From: Octopus bimaculoides
Taxonomy: Eukaryota
Direction: 5' to 3'
Length of the DNA stretch: 47,267 bases
Assembly (NCBI RefSeq): GCF_001194135.2
Contig: NC_069001.1
Span: 20,718,231 to 20,765,497 of the forward strand
The notes under the pieces were generated by a model. The model saw only the letters and a list, made by a program, of their open reading frames with translations, had not been told where the DNA came from and ran no database searches. Shown here piece by piece: positions 34,186 to 44,429 of this stretch; position 1 is the stretch's first letter, and the number at the start of each line of letters is the position of its first letter. The translations under genes were made by a program, and so were the position numbers.

Positions 34186-35296
34186 ACATATAGGCTTAAA
34201 TAGTAATTTTTGTGTTTTTTTATACAGAGATAAAAAATTAAAAACTTTTCCCCTCTTACATTCATTCTAATTGACTCAGTCAAATTTTCACACTCATAGA
34301 ACATTCTGTTATAAATAAATAAATGTAGATATAATGGAATCCCAGCATTTTTCTATTAAAGATGCCAAAATTTAAACATTTGTGTCAGTCCAGCTAAATT
34401 CTTTATCACTTGATGTGTGTACTCCTGACATATTGATGTAGAAGTCTTTTCGAATTCTTCCCAAAATGGGTTTCAGATGGGAATTAGAACAATTTGTAAT
34501 TCTCTAATAAATATTTAGTTTTGTATTTTTTGAAAGTTTTTCTAAATTTATGGCAGCACCAGTGTTGGTGTGTTTATATCCCCATAAACTTACAGTTCAG
34601 CAAAAGAGAATGATAGAATATGTACTCGGCTTAAGGAAGAGGTGGTGCCCCAGCATGGCTGCTGTCTAATGACTGAAACAAAAGATAAAGAAAACAAGTG
34701 TTTGCTTGGGAATAAATTATGTAAAAAAAAAAAAAATCTTCTAATTCTTCCAAATCTTTCTGTTAAACCATTTGTGGGGATTTTTTTTTTATCACAGCAA
34801 CTAGTCGTACACCACAAGGTTCAATGGAAACTACTGAAGCAAGCCAGCACACTTGCAGCATTACCATGGGTGATGGTGAGACTAAGGTCTTGGGAAAGCT
34901 AAGCGCCCTCATGGGCATCACCTCACAACTTGGTGAGGCAGAGCTACCAAAGTTGACAAGAAATTCGTGGTTAGTGATTCAGTCACTCCAAATGTTTTGT
35001 ATGCCACATAGGTCCCTATACTTCAGGGTTTCTTTAGTTCAGCTATGGAAGTAGTGACCCTCCCATTAACTGCTAAATATATAAATAAAAGTATACATCC
35101 GCACGCACACACATATATCGCAAGAAATATGAGTTGAAACCTCTTAATGACGTATATATAGATGTGTGCAAGCTGTCCAAGAGGCCATAAGTCAGGAAAA
35201 AATGCACTTGTAAATCTGTCAGTAGAGTGGGGATATTAATCGAATATATTAATCATATATCAATACAGCCGATTTTACCAATTGGTTTTGCATTAG

Positions 35297-35337
<41 letters not shown>

Positions 35338-35671
35338 TGCCGTCTTAAGGACATACTGAGTGGTTGGCTGGTGACCTATCGAGTCTAGGGTCACAATTCT
35401 GACCTATGCATGTTGAAGCTTGTTAAAATGGCATACTTTTTTTTTGTTTTACTTGTTTCGGTCATGTGACTGCTGCCATGCTGGAGCACTGCTTTTAGTT
35501 GAAGAAATCAACCCCAAGATTTATTCTTTGCAAGCCTAGTACTTATTCTTTCAGTGTGTTTTGCCAAACGGCTAAGTTATGGGGAGATAAACACAGCAAC
35601 GTAGGTTGTCAAGTGATGGTGGGGGTATAAACAAACATATGCACACACACACACACACATATATATATACG

Positions 35672-36165
35672 CTAGCACTATAGCCCGGCTTTGCTTGGGA
35701 TTAAGTTAGGATTACTTGAGTAATACCATCAATTGAGGCAAATTTGGCACCCGGATGTAAGTTTTGTAAGAGGAATAGAGAGGCCTGTCTTTTCCCACAG
35801 AGATGTGAGAGTGAGATCTCTCCTTTCGAAAACACGAACAGTTTCGTAACATTGTTTACAAAATAATAGGTGATCGTTTGCGAAGGAGCGTGTCTACAGT
35901 CAACACTTAGAATTTTTGCTCTGGTAACTTCTGCTCTCTCCCATGTTCACGCATGACCAGCTATATGTTGCTATGAGTAGAGCAACGGATTTAGCAAATT
36001 TGGAAATTAGTTGTGGAGAAATGGAGCATATCGTTTATATTGTGTCTCACTCACTAAAAAGACGAAATTTAAAAAATCTGTTATCTCTCTCTCTCTCTCT
36101 TTACACCGTCAATAGAAGGGGACTTTACTCGTGTTAGCAAATGCTGGTGTATTTCTCCAACTTGA
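35672..36165. mobile_element. Helitron remnant (RepHel helicase C-terminus plus hairpin/CTAG end)
   Basis: + strand MFTHDQLYVAMSRATDLANLEI...HIVY matches PIF1-type motif VI (VFSHGQLYVALSR). Minus strand CCCAAGC-AAA-GCCGGG hairpin followed by CTAG at 35672-35700. Confidence 0.7.
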
Positions 36166-36668
36166 AAATTGTTAGAAGTTATGGTTTAAAATTATTTTTA
36201 ATGCAACTCACCCTTTTAGATCTCTTTATCTCTTTATCTATCTTTATTTCTTTTTCTACTTTTAGGTTTTTTCTTATCCCCCTTCTTTTTACCTCTGTTA
36301 TTTTATTTCTTTACTTTTATATTTACCACCCTTCTCCAACCCTTCTAAATAGTTTATATGCATCTTACTTTGCTATCCGGATTTTTTCTTATATTATCCC
36401 CCCCCCCCCCGATTTGACTTCTATTATTTTTGTAATAATATTTGTGTATTTTTTGTATTTTTTATATTGGTTTTTTTCGTATTTTATATTGTTGTAACCT
36501 CCAACTTCTTCCTCTTTTGGACCCTCTCCTTCTAGCTCATATAAGCTAGTTATGTTTATTTAGCATTCACTCTACCCTGAATTGTGGCACAATATGGACA
36601 GATTTCGGAATACCGATGAACTTTTATGTAAATGTATCAACTTATATATGTATATGTAAGTATATATG

Positions 36669-36703
<35 letters not shown>

Positions 36704-37553
36704 NNNNNNNNNNNNNNNNNNNNNNNNNNNNNNNNNNNNNNNNNNNNNNNNNNNNNNNNNNNNNNNNNNNNNNNNNNNNNNNNNNNNNNNNNNNNNNNNN
36801 NNNNNNNNNNNNNNNNNNNNNNNNNNNNNNNNNNNNNNNNNNNNNNNNNNNNNNNNNNNNNNNNNNNNNNNNNNNNNNNNNNNNNNNNNNNNNNNNNNNN
36901 NNNNNNNNNNNNNNNNNNNNNNNNNNNNNNNNNNNNNNNNNNNNNNNNNNNNNNNNNNNNNNNNNNNNNNNNNNNNNNNNNNNNNNNNNNNNNNNNNNNN
37001 NNNNNNNNNNNNNNNNNNNNNNNNNNNNNNNNNNNNNNNNNNNNNNNNNNNNNNNNNNNNNNNNNNNNNNNNNNNNNNNNNNNNNNNNNNNNNNNNNNNN
37101 NNNNNNNNNNNNNNNNNNNNNNNNNNNNNNNNNNNNNNNNNNNNNNNNNNNNNNNNNNNNNNNNNNNNNNNNNNNNNNNNNNNNNNNNNNNNNNNNNNNN
37201 NNNNNNNNNNNNNNNNNNNNNNNNNNNNNNNNNNNNNNNNNNNNNNNNNNNNNNNNNNNNNNNNNNNNNNNNNNNNNNNNNNNNNNNNNNNNNNNNNNNN
37301 NNNNNNNNNNNNNNNNNNNNNNNNNNNNNNNNNNNNNNNNNNNNNNNNNNNNNNNNNNNNNNNNNNNNNNNNNNNNNNNNNNNNNNNNNNNNNNNNNNNN
37401 NNNNNNNNNNNNNNNNNNNNNNNNNNNNNNNNNNNNNNNNNNNNNNNNNNNNNNNNNNNNNNNNNNNNNNNNNNNNNNNNNNNNNNNNNNNNNNNNNNNN
37501 NNNNNNNNNNNNNNNNNNNNNNNNNNNNNNNNNNNNNNNNNNNNNNNNNNNNN

Positions 37554-37609
<56 letters not shown>

Positions 37610-37618
37610 GTATATATA

Positions 37619-38880
37619 CGAGGGGTGTCTGAAAAGTCTTGAGCCTCAAAAAAACTAAACATGGTACAAGATTTCTGATGATTTATTTTTCAACATAGTC
37701 CCTCTCGATGGCTGAACACTTTCTCCAGGTGTAGAAGAACTCTTTTGTTTGGGACTCTAAGAAACTTCCTACAGCGTCTATGACGTTATTGTCACGGGCA
37801 AAATGGTGACCCGCCAGGGCTTTTTTCATTTTTGGAAATAGATGAAAGTTAGAGGGAGCTAAGTCTGGCGAATAAGGCGGATCGGGAACAAGTTCGGATC
37901 CACAATCACGAATTGTTGCCATGGCAACTGAGGTGTCGGCTGGAGCATTGTCGTGATGAAAAAGGACTCCTCTGGTGAGCATTCCCGGCTTTTTTTCTTT
38001 GATTGCTTCTCAGAGGTGTTTCAGTAGCTGAGAATAATACAGCCCTGTCACAGTGTGACCCTTTTCAAGGTAATCGATCAGCAAGACACCCTGAGAATCC
38101 ACAAAAATGGACGCCATGACCTTGCCAACTGAAGGAATGACCCTGGCCTTCTTTGGGGTAGTATATGTGTGCTTCCACTGCCTTGATTGTTCTTTGGTTT
38201 CAGGCTGGTAGTGATGAACCCAACTTTCGTCCATAGTAATGAAACAAGCAAGAAAATTCTCTTCATCAGCTTCAAACAGTTCCAGATTGCTCGTGGACAA
38301 AGTGCACCTGGTGCATTTCTGTTCAGGAGTCAAAAGGCGAGGGACCCACCTTGCAGAAACCTTTGAGAACCCAAGTTCTTTTGTAACAATGTTGTCTGCT
38401 CTTTCAGTTGAGATGTCCAGTCTCTAGGCTATCTGACAACATGATATTCGGCGATCTTGCATTATCATACCAAGAGCAAGGTCAAGGTTGTCCTTGGTGG
38501 TTGCAGTTGGAGGTCTCCCTGGTCTTGGTTCATCTTCCACACTCTCCCTGCCACGCTTGAATTCATTTACCCATCGTTTGTCTGTTGCATATAAAGTAGC
38601 ATTGTCTGTTAAGGTTCTCACCGTATCTTCATGGATTTCTGATGGAGTCATGCCTTTCAAATGAAGGTACTTTATGACAGCACGATACTCAGTTTCCTCC
38701 ATTTTCCTTGTAAATTCGAAGCATGTTTATTCAAAAATCTGCAACAAAAAAATTAAAATATCAGAATCATGAAAATGAGCAAGAATACTCCGAAAAGACT
38801 GTACTTACCAGAAAAAATTGTTTCAACTATATAGCAGCACCTATTCTAGGTTAGGCTCAAAACTTTTCAGACACCCCTCA
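37619..38880 (-). mobile_element. Full-length mariner (DD34D) transposon, 1262 bp
   Basis: 28-bp TIRs CGAGGGGTGTCTGAAAAGTCTTGAGCCT and AGGCTCAAAACTTTTCAGACACCCCTCA, with TA on both flanks inside (TA)n. Confidence 0.96.
37683..38702 (-). pseudogene. Mariner transposase pseudogene (340 codons, two in-frame stops)
   Basis: The three track ORFs lie in one frame. Motifs WVPRLL, ITMDESWV, HHDNAP and YSPDLAPSNF; the third catalytic Asp is changed to Asn. Confidence 0.95.
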
Positions 38881-38941
38881 TATATATATTTGTATATGTA
38901 TATATATATGTGTATATATATGTGTGTATATATATATCTAC

Positions 38942-38974
<33 letters not shown>

Positions 38975-39125
38975 CCGGAGTAAGCACATAAATGTGCAAC
39001 AAGGTGCAAAGAAGAGTACTCAAATACCAAAGGATGAGTAATATGCTTTATTTAAAAGCAGCAGAAATATAACAAAACACTGTTACTCGGAGTTTCATGT
39101 TCCTGTTCATGTTCCTGTTCATGTA

Positions 39126-39483
39126 TATCATCATCATCATCATCGTTTGACGTCTGCTTTCCATGCTAGCATGGGTTGGACGATTTGACTGAGGACTGGT
39201 GAACCAGGTGGCTACACCAAGCTCCAATCTGATTTGGCAGAGTTTCTAAAGCTGGATGCCCTTCTTAATGCCAACCATTCCGAGACTGTAGTGGGTGCTT
39301 TTACTTGCCACCGGTATGAAGGCCAGTCAGGAGGTACTGGCAATGGCCACACTCGAAATGGTGTATTTTACGTACCACCTGCACAGGAGTCAGTCCAGCG
39401 GTACTGGCAACAAGCTCGCTCGAATGTCTTTTCACGTGCCACTGGCACAATTGCCAGGAAGGAGAAGTTGGTAACGGTCACGC
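39126..39483 (-). mobile_element. SINE with RTE-like (ATG)n tail, running into a gap
   Basis: (CAT)n CGTTTGACGTCTGCTTTCCATGCTAGCATGGGTTGGACGATTTGACTGAGG, the reverse complement of 44100-44321. Confidence 0.8.
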
Positions 39484-39599
39484 NNNNNNNNNNNNNNNNN
39501 NNNNNNNNNNNNNNNNNNNNNNNNNNNNNNNNNNNNNNNNNNNNNNNNNNNNNNNNNNNNNNNNNNNNNNNNNNNNNNNNNNNTTCTACAAACGTAAGA

Positions 39600-41915
39600 A
39601 TAAAAATATGAATGAAAAAATTAGGAAAGAAAATAATTATTAAGAATAAAAGATTAAACTTTATATACAAAGTTTTAATAAAAAAAACCTTTAACGATAT
39701 TATAAACAATAAAGACTAATTATTAATCAAATATTATCAATCTGAAATAATCAAAAATATATCAACACTATTCAAATCGGAGTTCTAATATTATGTAGAA
39801 ATAAAACTATAACTTCTAAATAATTTAGTGTTAAATAAGTTATCTATTAAAAATAATCTATAAAGAACCAAATGAATAATATAAAAAACAAGAATACATA
39901 TTATTTTCAAATAGTAGAAAATCTTTAGCAAAGTAAAAACAGTACTTATCCATATTTTTCCGTAATTCAAACTGAAACTAAGACGTTATCTAATAGCGTT
40001 TTAAGCAAGAGGTTGCGCGAAAATACTACGTTAAAATAGAGAATAGAATACGAAAACATGAATGAAATAATAATACTTAAAAAATGAATGAGAAATTTAA
40101 AATTTATGGTACTTAGGTTTAGGGATAAAATCGTTATTCTGTTAGCTAGAAGAACTATTATTGAATTTGTTGGAAAACTCTTGACTAGGGCTGACACTCC
40201 AGATAACTTCGATATAGCTATGGGGTCGAGTGACTCAGCTGAAATTACGAATCTAGTAGGTGCGTACGTCTTGTATAGCCGAAATAAAAAAATCCCGGAG
40301 CAGCGGTGCAGTTTATACAGGGATGATGCCTTATTCATCATCCCTAGTAACAATAAATCAACCATTGAAAGAATAAGAAAGAAAATTAGAAAATTTTTTA
40401 GAAGCTTCAACTTAAGTATTATATATAAATATAGTACTAAGATAGTAAATTTTTTGGACACTACTCTAAACATAGACTCTAAATTGTACTACCCCTATAG
40501 AAAAGAGAACGAGGTTACAAGATATGTGAATAAATTATCCAATCAGCCCCCCCCCCCCCCAATGTATTAAAATCAATAGTAAAAAGCGTTTCTGAGAGAA
40601 TTACTAAGTTATCTTCAAATATTGATATTTTTAATTTCCATTCACACCACTACAATGTTGCTTTGTCTAAAGTGGGATATGACCAGAAAATTTCTTTCCT
40701 CAGTCCTGGAAGGCCAACTCATTTTGATAGAGAAATTAATAATGATGTTAGTAATATTAAGTCTAATAACTTAACTTGTGATGAAAGACTAAATGAAAAA
40801 CCATCCTACATACCTGATATTTTAAGTAATAAGAAAAATAATAGAGTACATTTTGATAGGAGACTACATACTAATACTAGCAAAAAACCTAGGTTAGATA
40901 AAAGTAATGGCAATGTAAATGATATAGTTACTCCACAAAATAGTAAGGATTCCACAAAAAAGATGTGCAAAATTATAAATCATCATAATAATATTGTCCT
41001 AGAAAATAATGGTAATCAAAAGATATCCTATACTCACTCACACAATAAATTTAAAATTAAAAATCCTGTCTGCCTCAATATCTCTTTCAACTGTGCAGTA
41101 TCCAGCAATATTAACAAAAAATTTATGGATATTTTACAAAAAAATTTGCCTTCCCACAGATATAGTAGAATCTTTTCATGTTATACAGTCCTAATCTCTT
41201 ACTCAGCCCTTCCTAATATAGGTACAATCATAGCTAGGTTAAATAGAAAGAAAATAAGATTAGCTAGAATCGTTGAAAATAAGAATGGTGGTAATAGTTA
41301 TAGGAATATCAATAATAATTTAATCAATGTCAATAATAATATTACTAATAATTATAGAAATGGAAGTGGAAATAACAATGACAATAGCAATTATGAATGT
41401 AGCAGCAATATACTTAGTCCTGTCAACCATAACTTAAACCAGCATAATGAATATAGTGGTATTGATGTTGGAAGTACAATTGAAATAAATAGTAGTAACA
41501 CCTCTAATGATAATAATGTGAATTATGGGTCTAGTTCATATATGGAAATAGAAAATATTAGTATGCCTGATGCTGCAGGAATGATTCTATCTGATAGCAT
41601 GTTGGAAATGGAGTTAGATGGTAATAGAAGTGATCATAATAAGCCTGATAACAGAATTAAAATAGGGGAAATAATATCAATGTGAATAATTGTAACAACA
41701 ATAATTTAAATCTTAGTAATATTATTGGTGTTGCTGATGGTTCCACTGGTTGCAATTGTAGAAATAAGTCCCGTTGTCCGTTATTAGGCCAATGTCTCAC
41801 CAGAAACGTAGTATATAAATGCATTAATAAGTACTATAACTGATAATTATATTTACTTGGGATGTACGATTAATTTGAAACAGCGCATATATAACCACTT
41901 GTCAGTTAGTTTTAG
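39600..41915 (+). mobile_element. Penelope-like element (RT + Cys-rich linker + GIY-YIG), Nematis-like motifs, with long Asn-rich insertions
   Basis: FDIAMGSSDSAEITNLVG, LYRDDALF, NFLDTTLN, YRKE..RYVNKLSNQP, ISYSALPNI, CNCRNKSRCPLLGQCL, VVYKC and YIYLGCT..LKQRIYNH. Frameshifts at the C14 run (40547-40560), near 41660 and near 41840. The 5' part is degenerate. Confidence 0.88.
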
Positions 41916-43281
41916 TGTGTATCTTACTTACTTTACTTTATTTAACTTAAAAGAATAGGATGTTTTGAAATTTTCTTAATAGTTTTTAATACTTTTCAAA
42001 CCTTTCTGAATTTTATTTAATGCCTGACCCTAAAGGATCCATGTTATTCCATTATTCCATTGTTTGTGGTAGTATTATTACTGTTATTTTATGCGTGACT
42101 TAAATAAATCTAATCCTTGTTCCATAATTATTTTGTACTTGGCCCTTGTTAGTGAACACAAGTTCCTGATTGTTTAAGATAGTGTGGTCTAATTAAATTA
42201 GTGCATAATTATCATGTTCTCTATTAGTTGTTTAGTTCACCATTATATTCTATGTTAATTCCAACCATTCATTTTATCTATTTCTTAAACCTTGATAAGT
42301 CCATCATTATAAACCATGTAAATCCTATGTATCAATTCTTTATAGTAGTTATAAAATAAATTTTATCTCATGTGTCCTTTAAATAATATTAGATATATGT
42401 TTAATCTTAATTTTTTTAAAATAATTTTTAGTCCAATATCTATACAAAAATTTTAATTTCACATCTTATCTATGGTTCTTTATATTGGTGTAAATAAGTC
42501 TAAATGTACTTTACCAAAGCATTTTAAATTAATACTACTTCATGGTTTTTGCATACTGAATGTATTGATTAGTTACATTACTATACACTATTTCTTTTTA
42601 TTTCTTATTTCATTATTAATTTTGTAATTTATAATTAGCTTTTATTTATTCACATATTAATTAAGCAAATATTGGTATCCCAAATTTTCCAAACTTAGCA
42701 TATGTAAAACAATACTGATACATTATTCTGATTAATGAAAACTATGAATAAACATATACTGTATCTGTACACATATAGCAACTTTATTTTATATACTTTT
42801 GACCTAGGTGCCTTATGTTAAACTTCCCCTGCTCCATTATAAACTGGTCTGCTAGTAGAGAAAAAAACCCCAACCTATAATAGTTTGTCACTAAAACCAA
42901 ATGAATCTTTATAACCATATCATCCATGTATATTGTTTACTCCTTTCCCTTTCCCTATAAGGAAAAGGCTGGTGCCCTCTTAAGCTTTGAATCACTAGGT
43001 CTGATAAGATGAAACAAAAAAAAACAAATAAAATCAGTGACAGTTAAAAATCTGCTCAGAATTATTTACTAGCCTGTATGGTCTAGCTAAGTCAAAATGG
43101 TTTTTTGTATTCTTCCTTTCCACTTGGATGGTTTAAATGTAGTTACAACAATATGTCCTTCTGTTGAAATAAAATTTCAGTAAATTTCTCTATCTTTGTG
43201 CAGCTGAGGGTTGCTCTACATTTTACATTTAATGTAATGTTCACATTGCATTAACTTTGAATATCCTTGTTGCTTATTTTG

Positions 43282-43325
<44 letters not shown>

Positions 43326-43657
43326 GGCGCATGGCTCAGTGGTTAGGGTGTCGAGCTTACGATCATGAGGTTGTGAGTTCGAATCCCGGACTGGGCTGTG
43401 TGTTGTGTTCTTGAGCAAGACACTTTATTTCACGTTGCTCCAGTTCACTCAGCTGTAGAAATGAGTTGCGACGTCACAGGTGCCAAGCTGTATCGGCCCC
43501 TTGCCTTTCCCTTGGATAACACTGGTGGCGTGGAGAGGGGAGGCTGGTGTGCATGGGCGACTGCTGGTCTTCCATAAACAACCTTTCCTGGACTTGTGCC
43601 TTGGAGGGTAACTTTCTAGATGCAATCCCATGGTCATTCATGACCGAAGGGGGTCTC
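43326..43657 (+). mobile_element. tRNA-derived SINE: head + CORE-like segment + distinct tail
   Basis: Box A TGGCTCAGTGG, box B GAGTTCGAATCCC, then GTGTTCTTGAGCAAGACACTTTATTTCACGTTGCTCCAG. Confidence 0.85.
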
Positions 43658-43672
43658 AGAATATATATACAA

Positions 43673-43950
43673 TGGCCCAGTGGTTAGGGCTGTGGACTTG
43701 CGGTCAGAAGATCGTGGTTTCGATTCCCAGACTGGGTGTTGTGTGTGTTCATTGAGCAAAAACACCTAAAGTTGTATGAGGCTCCGGCAGGGAGTGGTTG
43801 TGACCCTGTTGTACTCTTCCACCTCAACTTTCTCTCACTCATTCTTCTTTTTTCTTGAGTAAAAACCTGCGATGGACTGGTGTCCCGTCCAGCTAGGGGG
43901 GAACACACATGTCATGGAAACCTGGAAATCGGCCCTATGCTCCACAAGGG
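43673..43950 (+). mobile_element. tRNA-derived SINE with V-domain-like segment
   Basis: Box A TGGCCCAGTGG (43673), box B GGTTTCGATTCCC (43716), and CCTGCGATGGACTGGTGTCCCGTCCAG (43866-43892). Confidence 0.8.
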
Positions 43951-44004
43951 CCTAAGAGGATTTCCATATATATATATGTATATATATATGTACAGATATC
44001 ACAC

Positions 44005-44053
<49 letters not shown>

Positions 44054-44099
44054 CAGATGTCACATGTACATATATATATATATGTATATACATGTACTA

Positions 44100-44321
44100 C
44101 ACTCTCTGAGTGGTTGGCGTTAGGAAGGGCATCCAGCTGTAGAAACTCTGCCAAATTAGATTGGAGCCTGGTGTAGCCATCCGGTTGCACCAGTCCTCAG
44201 TCAAATCGTCCAACCCATGCTAGCATGGAAAGCGGACGTTAAACGATGANNNNNNNNNNTCCTCAGTCAAATCGTCCAACCCATGCTAGCATGGAAAGCG
44301 GACGTTAAACGATGATGATGA
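44100..44321 (+). mobile_element. SINE 3' part with RTE-like (ATG)n tail; 3' end duplicated across a 10-N gap
   Basis: GAGTGGTTGGCGTTAGGAAGGGCATCCAGCTGTAG...CAACCCATGCTAGCATGGAAAGCGGACGTTAAACGATGATGATG. Confidence 0.85.
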
Positions 44322-44331
44322 TGTACAGATA

Positions 44332-44409
<78 letters not shown>

Positions 44410-44429
44410 GCACAGATATCACACCCATA

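Noticed and set aside
34850-35070. Resemblance to RNase P RNA (TGAGACTAAGG, TTCAGCTA) or the U3 5' end (CTATACTTCAGGG)
   Set aside because: The P4 helix cannot be formed properly and the motif order is wrong; the matches are too short.
36480-36620. Penelope-like terminal repeat or hammerhead near CTCTACCCTGAATTG
   Set aside because: The core motifs are not conserved, so it is unsupported.
33388-37662. ORFs of 116-341 aa made mostly of X
   Set aside because: They run through assembly gaps.
38975-39121. Second hammerhead on the minus strand (…GAAACTCCGAGTAACAG)
   Set aside because: The CUGANGA half is missing, replaced by a short tandem duplication (ATGTTCCTGTTC x2); it is only a repeat remnant.
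43326-43730. tRNA-like sequences with A and B boxes (also 2860-2930 and 23655-23728)
   Set aside because: No acceptor stem or complete cloverleaf; they continue into SINE bodies.
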